Shown here one piece after another: positions 54,105 through 63,648 of a stretch of 64,000 bases of DNA (the stretch's first letter is position 1; the number at the start of each line of letters is the position of its first letter). Position numbers and translations under genes: made by a program. Origin of the DNA: an uncultured Clostridia bacterium (GTDB lineage: Bacteria; Bacillota; Clostridia; Christensenellales; Borkfalkiaceae); assembly GCA_947625245.1 (NCBI GenBank), contig CANQNO010000003.1:1915-65914 (forward strand), in the 5' to 3' direction. The notes under the pieces are model-generated. The model had not been told where the DNA came from and did no database searches. It saw only the letters and a list, made by a program, of their open reading frames with translations.

Positions 54105-54668
54105 ATGAATTCGCAAAAAAGAATTGCGGCGGATATCGCCGAGTGCGCATTGTTTGTTGCGCTTATGGTCGCGGCGGCGTTTATAAAAATACCCTTTCCG
54201 GTGCCGCTGACTTTCCAAACGGTGGTCAGCGTTCTTGCTGGACTTTTGCTCGGCGCAAAAAAGGGTGCGGCTGCCATGGCGGTTTACGCGTTTATGGGGC
54301 TTGCGGGATTGCCCGTCTTTGCCGCCGGCGGTGGTATTTATTATATTTTTAAGCCTTCTTTCGGCTATATCCCGGGATTTATTGCCGCAGCCGCAGTGGC
54401 AGGAGCCGTTGCGGGCAGGGCAAACCTTCCGCTATGGCGTTACATATTGGCAGCAACGGTTGCGTTTTTGGCAAATTACCTTATAGGCGTACCCTATTGC
54501 ATGGTCTGCGCCAAAATTATGGGAGTGGAAAACCTCGCAAATCTTTTGGTGACGGGGAACCTTATTTATATGCCCAAAGACGCGGCTTTGAGTGTTTTAG
54601 CGGCGGTCGTAGCAAGAAAAATTCTGCCTGCTTTGGGCTGCAAAATAAAGAACGCAAAGAAGGGGTGA
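54105..54668 (+). CDS. bioY: biotin transporter BioY (ECF S-component)
   Basis: IPFPVPLTFQTVVSVLAGLLLG...GLAGLPVFAAGGG...KPSFGYIPGF pattern. The start could be TTG 54075 instead. Confidence 0.85.
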   Translation: MNSQKRIAADIAECALFVALMVAAAFIKIPFPVPLTFQTVVSVLAGLLLGAKKGAAAMAVYAFMGLAGLPVFAAGGGIYYIFKPSFGYIPGFIAAAAVAGAVAGRANLPLWRYILAATVAFLANYLIGVPYCMVCAKIMGVENLANLLVTGNLIYMPKDAALSVLAAVVARKILPALGCKIKNAKKG

Positions 54669-54687
54669 AGAACCGTTATAAAACGTT

Positions 54688-54718
54688 AAAAAGCGGACGC
54701 TTGAGCGTCCGCTTTTTT
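54688..54718. terminator. bidirectional intrinsic terminator (bioY / rpsT)
   Basis: AAAAAGCGGACGC TTGA GCGTCCGCTTTTT. Confidence 0.8.
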
Positions 54719-54730
54719 GCATGTTTTGAT

Positions 54731-54994
54731 TTACGCCATGGCGTTGAGTTTTTTTGCCAAACCCGATTTCTTGTTTGCCGCGGTGTTCTTTTTGATGACG
54801 CCTTTGGTAACTGCGCCGTCTATAACCGAGCAAGTGTGTGGGAACATAGCCGTTGCGCCCTCCTTGTCGCCGTTCTGAACCAGCGCAAGGAATTTTTTGA
54901 TTTCGGTCTTCATTTCCGATTTAACGGCTTTGTTTCTCGCGGTTTTTTTGTCGATTACGAGCACCCGCTTTTCAGCAGACTTTATATTAGGCAT
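54731..54994 (-). CDS. rpsT: 30S ribosomal protein S20
   Basis: MPNIKSAEKRV....K...RNKA.KS..KT..KK pattern. 87 aa. Confidence 0.95.
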   Translation of the reverse strand: MPNIKSAEKRVLVIDKKTARNKAVKSEMKTEIKKFLALVQNGDKEGATAMFPHTCSVIDGAVTKGVIKKNTAANKKSGLAKKLNAMA

Positions 54995-55036
54995 TTGATA
55001 TCTCCTTTAAATACCGATTTCTTGAATTCTTGTGTA

Positions 55037-55065
55037 ATTTTATCATAAAAAACAGCGGTTGTAAA
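55037..55065 (-). promoter_or_regulatory. candidate rpsT promoter (- strand)
   Basis: On the - strand: TTTACA, 17 nt, TAAAAT. Confidence 0.4.
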
Positions 55066-55132
55066 CTGTTTTTTAACGGCATTTCGATATTTTTTTAATA
55101 TATTTTGGCTGACCCGAATAATATTATAAAGT

Positions 55133-55888
55133 ATGGTATGCGGGCGCGGCAAAAACAGGCTGGTGTGCTGTTTCGACAGCGGAATAGGGGGGATAAGGCT
55201 GTTTGCGGAGTGCGTCAGGCTGAGAAAAGATTGTGATTTTATATATTTTGCCGACAATTATAACGTGCCTTACGGCAGCCTCGGCGCTTCCGAAATCTTA
55301 CGGCTTGCCGACGAAAAATTTTCGGCAATGGCGCGTTTGAACCCTGCCGCCGCGGTAGTTGCCTGCAATACGGTCACAGCGGAGTGCGTCGATTATTTAA
55401 GGCGTAAATATTCTTTTCCGATAATAGGCATCCAGCCCGCGGTCAAGCCCGCCGCCGCCAATTGTAAAAACTGTTTGGTTTTATGTACGCCGGCAACAGC
55501 AAACAGCGGCGCGCTTGAAAATCTAATAAAAAAATTCGGCGGAAACCGTACCCGCGCAATCGCCTGCCGCGGTCTTGCTTCCTATATAGAAAATAATATA
55601 TTTAATATGGAAAAGGAAAGAGTGGAAGAGCTCTTGCCAGACGCCGTGTGCGACGGGGTGGTTTTGGGGTGTACGCATTATACCTATGCCGCCGACATAA
55701 TTTCTAAACGCTATAATTGTCCCGTTTACGACGGGGTAGAGGGTACGGCGGCAAGATTGTGCGAAGTTTTAGGGATTTGTGACCACCGCCCGCCTCTGCC
55801 CCGCACGATCGCCTTTTCGGGCGGAAATACCCGTTTAAACGCCGATGTGTTCCGTTTTTTAATAAAAAAGTTACGCTATTGCATTTAA
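55133..55888 (+). CDS. murI: glutamate racemase
   Basis: CFDSGIGG, VVACNTV and LGCTHY motifs. The start is uncertain (ATG 55133 has no SD; GTG 55163 is also possible). Confidence 0.85.
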   Translation: MVCGRGKNRLVCCFDSGIGGIRLFAECVRLRKDCDFIYFADNYNVPYGSLGASEILRLADEKFSAMARLNPAAAVVACNTVTAECVDYLRRKYSFPIIGIQPAVKPAAANCKNCLVLCTPATANSGALENLIKKFGGNRTRAIACRGLASYIENNIFNMEKERVEELLPDAVCDGVVLGCTHYTYAADIISKRYNCPVYDGVEGTAARLCEVLGICDHRPPLPRTIAFSGGNTRLNADVFRFLIKKLRYCI

Positions 55889-55935
55889 AACGTTAAAAAA
55901 TTTTTTGTTTTTTTTAAAAAAATGGTTTCAGGTAG

Positions 55936-55964
55936 TTGACAGTGGTCAAATGTGGTGCTATAAT
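55936..55964 (+). promoter_or_regulatory. consensus extended -10 promoter of the dcw cluster (Pmra) with GTGG direct repeats
   Basis: TTGACA (55936-55941), 17 nt ending in TGc, then TATAAT (55959-55964). GTGGT at 55942 and 55952, GTGAC at 55965. Confidence 0.65.
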
Positions 55965-55995
55965 GTGACTACAATTCACTTTTAACGGAAAGATT

Positions 55996-56457
55996 ATGAG
56001 TATTCTTACAGGCGAATACAACTACACGGTTGACGCTAAAAACAGAATAAGAATACCTTCCAAACTGAAAGCCGATATGGGGATTGACGTTTCGGGAGAG
56101 GACGATGAACAAAAAAAGTTCAGCGTTATTTTTCACACGGGCGCAGAGGGATACCTGGGAATTTACACACAGGAAGCTCTGGATAAAAAATTCGCGCATA
56201 TCGAGGAATTGAAAGAAAAAGACAAAGAAAAGTACGAAATGGCGAGAAAGCTTTTAAGGACGTTCGAAACGGTTGAAAGCGATCCGCAGGGAAGATTGGT
56301 AATACCGCAAAAGTTCAAAGCGCGCAGCAACATAAAAAAAGACATAGTGATTTGCGGCGTTATCGACCATTTGGAAATCTGGTCGCGCGAAGAATACAGC
56401 GGTTCGGAAATCAGCTCCGAAGAAATGGCGGCGATAGCCGACGCTCTGGAATTTTAA
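55996..56457 (+). CDS. mraZ: division/cell wall cluster transcriptional regulator MraZ
   Basis: Two SpoVT/AbrB-like repeats: DAKNRIRIPSK and DPQGRLVIPQK. Confidence 0.9.
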   Translation: MSILTGEYNYTVDAKNRIRIPSKLKADMGIDVSGEDDEQKKFSVIFHTGAEGYLGIYTQEALDKKFAHIEELKEKDKEKYEMARKLLRTFETVESDPQGRLVIPQKFKARSNIKKDIVICGVIDHLEIWSREEYSGSEISSEEMAAIADALEF

Positions 56458-56460
56458 AGG

Positions 56461-57402
56461 ATGAAGGAATTTTCGCATATCCCCGTCCTGAAAGAAGAGT
56501 GCATGGAAGGTCTTGACCTTAAACCTGGCGGACTTTACTACGACGCGACGGTAGGGGGCGGCGGACATTCATACGAAATCTTAAAGCGCACCTCGCCAGA
56601 CGGCAGGCTTATTGCAACGGATCTTGACGACGAAGCGATAGCCGCCGCAACCGATAAATTAAAAGAATTCAAAGGCAGATTCGAAATATTCAAATCGAAT
56701 TACAAACAATTCGGAAAAGTTTTCGAAGAAGCAAACGTCGGGGAGCTTGACGGAATTCTCGTTGACATGGGGGTTTCGGGGCACCAGCTCGACGACGGCG
56801 AAAGAGGTTTCAGCTATATGCAGAAAGACGCGCCGTTGGACATGCGTATGGACAGGAGCGGCGCGCTTACGGCGGAATTCATAGTTAATAATTATACCAA
56901 AGAGGAAATAGCCAAAATACTGAAAGATTACGGAGAGGAGGCTTTTGCGTCGGTCATAGCCGCAAACATCGTAAAGGCGCGAACCCGAAGCGCAATTACG
57001 ACGGCAGGTCAACTTTCCGAAATAATCGAATTCAGTATCCCGGCGAAATTCAAGCAAAACGGTCCCGCGGCGAGGAAAAGTTTTCAGGCGTTGCGGATAG
57101 CCGTAAACGAAGAACTTACCGGTTTGTACGACTGTATAGTGGGTCTTACCCGAAGGCTCAAAAGAGACGGCAGGATAGCGGTAATAACCTTTCACTCGCT
57201 CGAGGACAGAATAGTAAAGCAAGCGTTCAGATATCTCGAAAGCGATTGCATTTGCGACAAAAGTCTGCCTAAATGCGTTTGCGGAAAGGTGAAAGAGATA
57301 GAAATCATAACAAAAAAACCCGTGGAAGCCACCGCAAAAGAAAAGGCGGAAAATTCACGTTCGAGATGCGCAAAACTTAGAATTGCGCAAAAAATAATTT
57401 GA
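56461..57402 (+). CDS. rsmH: 16S rRNA (cytosine1402-N4)-methyltransferase
   Basis: HIPVL, DATVGGGGHS, DLGVSxxQLD-like (DMGVSGHQLD) and FHSLEDR motifs. Confidence 0.95.
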   Translation: MKEFSHIPVLKEECMEGLDLKPGGLYYDATVGGGGHSYEILKRTSPDGRLIATDLDDEAIAAATDKLKEFKGRFEIFKSNYKQFGKVFEEANVGELDGILVDMGVSGHQLDDGERGFSYMQKDAPLDMRMDRSGALTAEFIVNNYTKEEIAKILKDYGEEAFASVIAANIVKARTRSAITTAGQLSEIIEFSIPAKFKQNGPAARKSFQALRIAVNEELTGLYDCIVGLTRRLKRDGRIAVITFHSLEDRIVKQAFRYLESDCICDKSLPKCVCGKVKEIEIITKKPVEATAKEKAENSRSRCAKLRIAQKII

Positions 57403-57424
57403 GATGCGATAAGGAGAAAAAATT

Positions 57425-58135
57425 ATGGCAGTCGCAACACCCGTTTTGGAAAGGAGTTCCGTGCAGGAGCTCGAAGATAAAAGGCACGACTCTCTCATTA
57501 AAGAGAGGTATGCCAAACTAATAAATCCCGAATTGAGGATAAACGATCTCAAAAGCGAGCAGCCCGTGTGCGAAGAGGAAGAAACTTGTGCGCAGCCGGT
57601 TTGCGAAGCTGAGACCGTGAGCGAAGTCAGGGAGACGGTGACGCATGTCGCCGAACCCTATTTTGCGCCCAGCGGCAGGGCGGACGCCGAAATTTTCCGC
57701 GTCGACAGCGAAATCAACAGAAGGCTCCGCGGCGAGCAGATGTCCGAAGCGGCTTCCAACGCTAACGACGAGGAAGAAAACGAAGATTTGCGCCCCACGC
57801 CCACGACCATACAGTACAAAACGGAAAAGCTTAAAAGCAACGCCGAAGAGGGCGGGAAGATAAGCACCGATTCCAAGAAGCGCATTAATCTTTCCAAACG
57901 CGACATTGTTATTATAGCAACCGTCGTTACGGTAATTTTGGCGCTGTTTGTCCTTATAATCGTGAATTCTGCAATAATTTCGGGAATCAACAGCGACATA
58001 TCGAGACTTCAATCCTCGCTCAATACGGTGAGGGGCGCATATTCGAGCGTAAGCGACCAGGTAAGCGACTATGTAACAAACCACCTCGAAGAGGACGTCA
58101 GAAGGATGGCGGAAAGTCTCGGAATGGTGAGATAA
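57425..58135 (+). CDS. FtsL-position bitopic membrane protein (long acidic N-terminus, single TM, coiled-coil tail)
   Basis: Single TM IVIIATVVTVILALFVLIIV, then ISRLQSSLNTV. Sits in the ftsL slot between rsmH and the PBP gene. Sequence not otherwise recognisable. Confidence 0.5.
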   Translation: MAVATPVLERSSVQELEDKRHDSLIKERYAKLINPELRINDLKSEQPVCEEEETCAQPVCEAETVSEVRETVTHVAEPYFAPSGRADAEIFRVDSEINRRLRGEQMSEAASNANDEEENEDLRPTPTTIQYKTEKLKSNAEEGGKISTDSKKRINLSKRDIVIIATVVTVILALFVLIIVNSAIISGINSDISRLQSSLNTVRGAYSSVSDQVSDYVTNHLEEDVRRMAESLGMVR

Positions 58136-58200
58136 GGAGTGTAATTATTTTAAAATTAAATAAATCCGGTTTTTCAGCTACGGTTTTACAAAAGAGGTTA

Positions 58201-59895
58201 TTGTCCGTTATTTTGGCAATAACCTTTATTTTTTTCCTTATAGCGGCAAGGCTCTTGTACGTTCAGGTATTTTGGAGCGGCAAGCTTAAATTGCGCGCGT
58301 TCGACCAGTGGAACAGGGAAATTCCCATAATAGCCCAAAGGGGAAAAATAACCGATTGCAACGGTTCGGTACTTGCGGGAAATCAAACTACATATAGCGT
58401 TTTCCTGCGTCCGAACGCCGTTGTGAACGCCGAATACACGGCTACGGTTTTGGGAGGAATATTCGGCAAAGAACCAAAAGAAATTCTGGATAAAATAAAC
58501 GGCGGAAAAATTTCCGAAGTCACGGTTGCCCGGCAGACGGATAAAGCGAGTATAGAAAAACTTGTTTCATACGACCTACCGGGCGTTTATTATTCCCGCG
58601 ACAACTCCCGCAGTTATACCTACGGCGAAACGCTGTGCCAGGTTTTGGGCTTTACCGCTTACGACGGTTCGGGTGTTGCTGGAATAGAAAAATTCTATGA
58701 TTCCGTTCTCAGCGGTGCGGACGGAGAAATCACTTATACGACCGATATCGTGGGAATAGAGACAAAAAATCCCGAAATAATTTACCGCGAAGCTTCGGCG
58801 GGAGACGAAATCAGGCTGACGGTGGACATAGATATCCAGCTTTCCGCAGAGAACGCCATGAAAAGCGTATTTCTTTCTTCGGGTGCAAAGTCCGTTTCGT
58901 GCGTGGTTGTAAATCCGCGGAACGGGGATATACTCGCAATGGTAAATTATCCGTCGTACGATCTTAACGAAGTCCCGCGCGACGACATGGATAAACTGAA
59001 CGCGCTGACGAGAAACGGCACGGTGAGCGACATTTACGAGCCGGGCTCAACGTTCAAAATAATAACCGCGGCGGCAAATATAGAGGAGTATTTGAGGGGT
59101 AACCCCAAAGCCTTTTCCAATTCTTATGTTTTCAACAGCAGCCGTACGCGCACGGTCGACGGCACCAAAATCAAGTGCTGGTCGACCCATGCCAACGGCA
59201 AACACACCAACCAGACGCTTGCTACTGCGCTAAACAACAGCTGCAACCCGTGTTTTACCGACATTGCGCTTGCCCTCGGCAAGGACACCTTTTACGATTA
59301 TCTGCAAAATTTCGGTTTCGGTAACGTGACGGGCATCGATTTTTCGGGCGAAGCGCTAGGAATGCTCGTTCCCAGAACCGCGGTGCGGGATTGCGACCTT
59401 GCCCGCATAGGTTTCGGCCAAACGGTGGCGGTCACGGCTGTCCAGCTTGCCTGCGCAGCCGCGGCGGCGGTCAACGGCGGAAATTATTATATGCCGCGTC
59501 TTTTAAAGAGCGTTATCTCGGCTGACGGTAAAACCGTTGCCGACAACCAACCCGTACTTAAAAACAAAGTCATAAGCGAACAGGCTTCACGTATTCTTGC
59601 GGAAATGCTCGAAGGAGTTGTAAAAGAGGGCAGCGGCAAACACGCCTATATCGAAGGATATAAAGTGGGCGGCAAAACGGGCACGGCGCAAAAATACGAG
59701 GACGGGCATGTCGCGCAGGGCAAATACGTTTCGTCTTTCGTCGGGTTTTTCCCCGCGGACGATCCTCAATATCTTGCGCTTATCATCGTGGACGAACCGC
59801 AGGGTACATATTACGGCAGCGCGGTCGCCGCGCCCGTGGCAAAGGAAATTTTCGGCGACATAATAGAAATTAAGGGGTTGACCCCCTTTGAATGA
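58201..59895 (+). CDS. class B penicillin-binding protein (FtsI/SpoVD-type transpeptidase, no PASTA domains)
   Basis: SxxK STFK, SxN SCN and KTG KTGT motifs, with an N-terminal TM anchor. The true start may be an upstream ATT (58147); see findings. Confidence 0.9.
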   Translation: MSVILAITFIFFLIAARLLYVQVFWSGKLKLRAFDQWNREIPIIAQRGKITDCNGSVLAGNQTTYSVFLRPNAVVNAEYTATVLGGIFGKEPKEILDKINGGKISEVTVARQTDKASIEKLVSYDLPGVYYSRDNSRSYTYGETLCQVLGFTAYDGSGVAGIEKFYDSVLSGADGEITYTTDIVGIETKNPEIIYREASAGDEIRLTVDIDIQLSAENAMKSVFLSSGAKSVSCVVVNPRNGDILAMVNYPSYDLNEVPRDDMDKLNALTRNGTVSDIYEPGSTFKIITAAANIEEYLRGNPKAFSNSYVFNSSRTRTVDGTKIKCWSTHANGKHTNQTLATALNNSCNPCFTDIALALGKDTFYDYLQNFGFGNVTGIDFSGEALGMLVPRTAVRDCDLARIGFGQTVAVTAVQLACAAAAAVNGGNYYMPRLLKSVISADGKTVADNQPVLKNKVISEQASRILAEMLEGVVKEGSGKHAYIEGYKVGGKTGTAQKYEDGHVAQGKYVSSFVGFFPADDPQYLALIIVDEPQGTYYGSAVAAPVAKEIFGDIIEIKGLTPFE

Positions 59896-59904
59896 GGCTA
59901 AAAA

Positions 59905-61344
59905 ATGAAGCTTTCCGAACTGATCGGTAATATACAATATAAACAAATTTACGACTTTTCCGACGTTGAAATAAGCGGCGTTTGTTCGGACAGCCGCAGA
60001 GTAAGGGCGGGCGATATATTTGCGGCGTACAAGGGAGAGAGTTTCGATTCCCATAAAAAAATTGCAGAAGCTGTAAAATCGGGCGCAGTTGCGGTGGTTT
60101 GCGAGCGACCCGCAGATTGCGGCGTACCCGTAATAGTCGTGGAGAGCGGAAGGGCAGTTATCGCGCCGCTCGCCCGCGCATTTTACGGCTTTGCCGACAA
60201 AAAGCTGAAACTTGTTGCGGTTACGGGCACTAACGGCAAAACCACCACGACTTACATGCTCGAAAGCATTTTTGCCGCAGGCGGGCGCAAAGCGGGGGTG
60301 ATAGGAACGCTCGGCGTACGCTATGCGGGCAAATTCATTGCGCCCGAACTTACTACCCCCGACCCGATATATCTCCACAGCGTATTTGCGGATATGGCGG
60401 ACTGCGGCGTGGAGTACGTGTTTATGGAAGTTTCCGCCCATGCGCTCCACTATAACAAAATCGACGGACTGCATTTCGAAGTGGGGATTTTTACCAACTG
60501 TACGCAGGATCATCTTGACTTTTTCGGAACCATGGAGAGATATGCGGACTGTAAAAAGAGCATGTTTATAAAAGGACGTTGCGGCTATGCGGTTATAAAT
60601 TCCGACGACAATCTCGGTCTTCAAATGTTGAAAGAGGTTGAAAATCCCATATCATACGGGCTCGTCAATCCCGCGGACGTGTTTGCGGTAGACGTCTGCG
60701 AAAAAATGAGCGGCGCTTCTTTTGTGCTGAACCTTTTCGACGAACTCTATGAAATCGAATTGTCCCTTCCCGCAACGCACAACGTCTATAATGCCATGGG
60801 CGCCGCCGCTTGCGCAAAAATCTTGGGCGTGAACACCGCGGCGATAGCAAGCGGGCTGAAATCGCTCAAAAGTATTCCCGGGCGGCTCGAAATAGTGGCT
60901 AAATACAATGGCGCACACATTTACGTCGACTTTGCTCACACCCCCGACGGTCTGGAAAAATCCCTGCAATCCTTAAAAAAGCTATGCAAGGGCAAACTTT
61001 TTTGCCTGTTCGGGTGCGGCGGCAACCGCGACAGGGGCAAACGTCCCATCATGGGCGAAACCGCCGCAAAATACGCCGATTTTATAATCATCACTTCGGA
61101 CAATCCGCGTTTCGAAGAGCCGTTTGACATAATATGCGAAATAGAAGCGGGCGTAAAGCCTTCGGGCAAGCCGTACGTCACGGTAACCGAAAGGGAGGCG
61201 GCAACCGAATACGCCATAAGGCTTTTGGGCGAGGGCGATATTCTTCTCGTCGCGGGCAAAGGCGGCGAACACTACCAGGAGATAATGGGTATAAAACACA
61301 GTTACGACGACAATACAGTAATTAAAAAAATAATCGGCGCTTAA
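59905..61344 (+). CDS. murE: UDP-N-acetylmuramoyl-L-alanyl-D-glutamate--2,6-diaminopimelate ligase
   Basis: GTNGKTTT P-loop and the DNPR motif (meso-DAP type). Confidence 0.95.
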   Translation: MKLSELIGNIQYKQIYDFSDVEISGVCSDSRRVRAGDIFAAYKGESFDSHKKIAEAVKSGAVAVVCERPADCGVPVIVVESGRAVIAPLARAFYGFADKKLKLVAVTGTNGKTTTTYMLESIFAAGGRKAGVIGTLGVRYAGKFIAPELTTPDPIYLHSVFADMADCGVEYVFMEVSAHALHYNKIDGLHFEVGIFTNCTQDHLDFFGTMERYADCKKSMFIKGRCGYAVINSDDNLGLQMLKEVENPISYGLVNPADVFAVDVCEKMSGASFVLNLFDELYEIELSLPATHNVYNAMGAAACAKILGVNTAAIASGLKSLKSIPGRLEIVAKYNGAHIYVDFAHTPDGLEKSLQSLKKLCKGKLFCLFGCGGNRDRGKRPIMGETAAKYADFIIITSDNPRFEEPFDIICEIEAGVKPSGKPYVTVTEREAATEYAIRLLGEGDILLVAGKGGEHYQEIMGIKHSYDDNTVIKKIIGA

Positions 61345-62289
61345 ATGAAATTGATTTTTATAAGCATTACCGCGGCGTTCGCGGCGTCGTATTTGCTGAT
61401 TTTAATAATTTTACCGCTGCTTAAAAAACTAAAAGCCGGGCAGTATATTCTGGACTATGTAAAAGAGCACAAGTCCAAAAACGGTACGCCGACAATGGGC
61501 GGGCTCGGTTTTGTTGCGGCTATAATAGCGGTAGGGCTGTGCGTATGCGGGCTGAAACCGCGCGAAGCCGTTTTCACCCTTGCCGTAACGGCAGGTTTTA
61601 CGGTCGTTGGCTTTTTGGACGACTTTTTAAAAATTTACCGCAGAAAAAACGAGGGGTTAAAGCCTTACCAAAAAATAATATTCCAGCTTGCAATAGCGGT
61701 TATAGCCGCTCTTTATTGCTATTTCAATAAAATCACTGTTGTAAATATTCCCTTTTTTAAGGGAGTTTCGCTCGACTTGGGCTGGGGAATAATCCCGCTC
61801 GTTATTTTTATTTTTCTCTCCGCGGTGAATTGCGTAAATCTCACCGACGGTCTCGACGGTCTTGCCGGCGGGACAAGCCTTGCCTATCTCGCCGTGTTCG
61901 GGGTTTTGCTCTTTATGCAGAATTCCCCGCTGCATCTCATATGTTTTACCGCAGTCGGCGCGCTTGCGGCTTTTTTGATATTCAACACCAACAAGGCGTC
62001 CGTCTTTATGGGGGATACGGGTTCGCTCGCGCTCGGCGGTTTGATTTCCTGCGTTTCGGTATTTTCGGGCAATTCGCTGTATATTCCCATTGCGGGAATA
62101 ATGTTCGTGGTTTCGGGAATATCCGTTATAGTGCAGGTAATATATTATAAACGGACAAGGAAGCGTATTTTTTTGATGTCGCCCATACATCATCATTTCC
62201 AGATGAAGGGCTATACCGAAAGCAAGATCGCCGTATCTTATACTGTGATAACCGCCTTGTCCGGAATATTCTGTCTGATTTTCGTGTGA
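61345..62289 (+). CDS. mraY: phospho-N-acetylmuramoyl-pentapeptide transferase
   Basis: GTPTMGG, NLTDGLDGLA, GDTGSLALGG and HHHF motifs. 10 TM. Confidence 0.95.
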   Translation: MKLIFISITAAFAASYLLILIILPLLKKLKAGQYILDYVKEHKSKNGTPTMGGLGFVAAIIAVGLCVCGLKPREAVFTLAVTAGFTVVGFLDDFLKIYRRKNEGLKPYQKIIFQLAIAVIAALYCYFNKITVVNIPFFKGVSLDLGWGIIPLVIFIFLSAVNCVNLTDGLDGLAGGTSLAYLAVFGVLLFMQNSPLHLICFTAVGALAAFLIFNTNKASVFMGDTGSLALGGLISCVSVFSGNSLYIPIAGIMFVVSGISVIVQVIYYKRTRKRIFLMSPIHHHFQMKGYTESKIAVSYTVITALSGIFCLIFV

Positions 62290-62295
62290 GGTAAA

Positions 62296-63648
62296 ATGTA
62301 TTTCAAAAACCAAAAATTTTTAGTGGCGGGAATGTCCAAATCGGGTGAGACCGCCGCAAGATTTTTGCTCGAACGCGGCGCCGAAGTGTATCTTTACGAC
62401 GACGTGGTCGGCGACAACGTCACTGCGGTGTGCGCCAAACTCGAACAGCTCGGCGCACATGTGGTTTCCGCAGACGAGTGCCGCAACGCCGAGCAAAACT
62501 GCGACATACTTGTGCTGAGCCCGGGCATACCCATTGATACGGCGTTGCCCGTATCTTTCAGGAAGCAGGGCAAGGCGATAATAGGCGAAGAGGAGCTTGC
62601 CGCACTGTATCTCAGGGCAACGGCTGTGGCGGTTACGGGCACGAACGGTAAAACCACGACCGTTTCAATGATGAACGACGTGCTCAACGCGGCGGGCAAA
62701 AAGAGCGTTGCCTGCGGCAATATCGGCAATCCGCTGATAAAAGAAGTGGAAAACCTGTCTTTCGACGACTTTGCGGTAATTGAGATCTCTTCGTTCCAGC
62801 TTGAAACCCTTTCGAGCCTCCGCCCGCACATTGCAATAATCACAAATGTGACGGAAGATCACCTCAACCGTCACTACAACATGGAAAATTACATATTTTT
62901 AAAATCCAAAATACTCCGCAACCTGCGCGAAAGCGAATATGCCGTGCTGAATTACGACGACCCCGTCGTGCGCTCGTTCGCAAAAAACTGTAAGGCGAAA
63001 ATAGTATATTTTTCCGTTCAGAACAAAGTCGATGGTGCGTATTTCGAAAACGGTAGCCTGTATTTCAACGGCGAAAAGTATCTCGATATATCCGATATGA
63101 CGGTTGGGGGAGCGCATAACGTATACAACGCGCTTGCCTGCATAGCCGCTTCGGCGATTTTAAAGTTGGACAAAACGGCGGTTGCGGGAGCGCTGTGCGC
63201 GTTCAAGGGCATAAGGCACCGCCTCGAAACCGTGCGCGAAGCCGGCGGGATCACCTACATAGACGACAGCAAGGGCACAAACGTCGACGCCACAGTCAAA
63301 GCCGCGCAGACCATGCGGGCGCCCACGGTCATTTTGCTCGGGGGCAAGGACAAGGGCTATGATTATACGCCCCTTTTCGAAAGTTTGAAATCCACGCAGG
63401 TTATCCATGCCGTAATTTACGGTGAAAACAGGTTCAGAATGTTAAATTCGGCAATGAAAGCCGATTATGTAAGCGTTTCGCTGTGCTCCGATTTCGGAAC
63501 AGCCGTAAAACTTGCGCGCTTTATAGCAAAACCGGGACAAAACGTGCTTTTAAGCCCTGCAAGTTCTTCATTTGACAGCTTTTCGAACTATGAGGAACGG
63601 GGCGACACTTTCAGGGCAATGGTGGAAAGCATAGATGATAAGGCGTGA
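62296..63648 (+). CDS. murD: UDP-N-acetylmuramoylalanine--D-glutamate ligase
   Basis: GMSKSG Rossmann N-domain, GTNGKTTT, and DDSKGTN. Confidence 0.95.
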   Translation: MYFKNQKFLVAGMSKSGETAARFLLERGAEVYLYDDVVGDNVTAVCAKLEQLGAHVVSADECRNAEQNCDILVLSPGIPIDTALPVSFRKQGKAIIGEEELAALYLRATAVAVTGTNGKTTTVSMMNDVLNAAGKKSVACGNIGNPLIKEVENLSFDDFAVIEISSFQLETLSSLRPHIAIITNVTEDHLNRHYNMENYIFLKSKILRNLRESEYAVLNYDDPVVRSFAKNCKAKIVYFSVQNKVDGAYFENGSLYFNGEKYLDISDMTVGGAHNVYNALACIAASAILKLDKTAVAGALCAFKGIRHRLETVREAGGITYIDDSKGTNVDATVKAAQTMRAPTVILLGGKDKGYDYTPLFESLKSTQVIHAVIYGENRFRMLNSAMKADYVSVSLCSDFGTAVKLARFIAKPGQNVLLSPASSSFDSFSNYEERGDTFRAMVESIDDKA

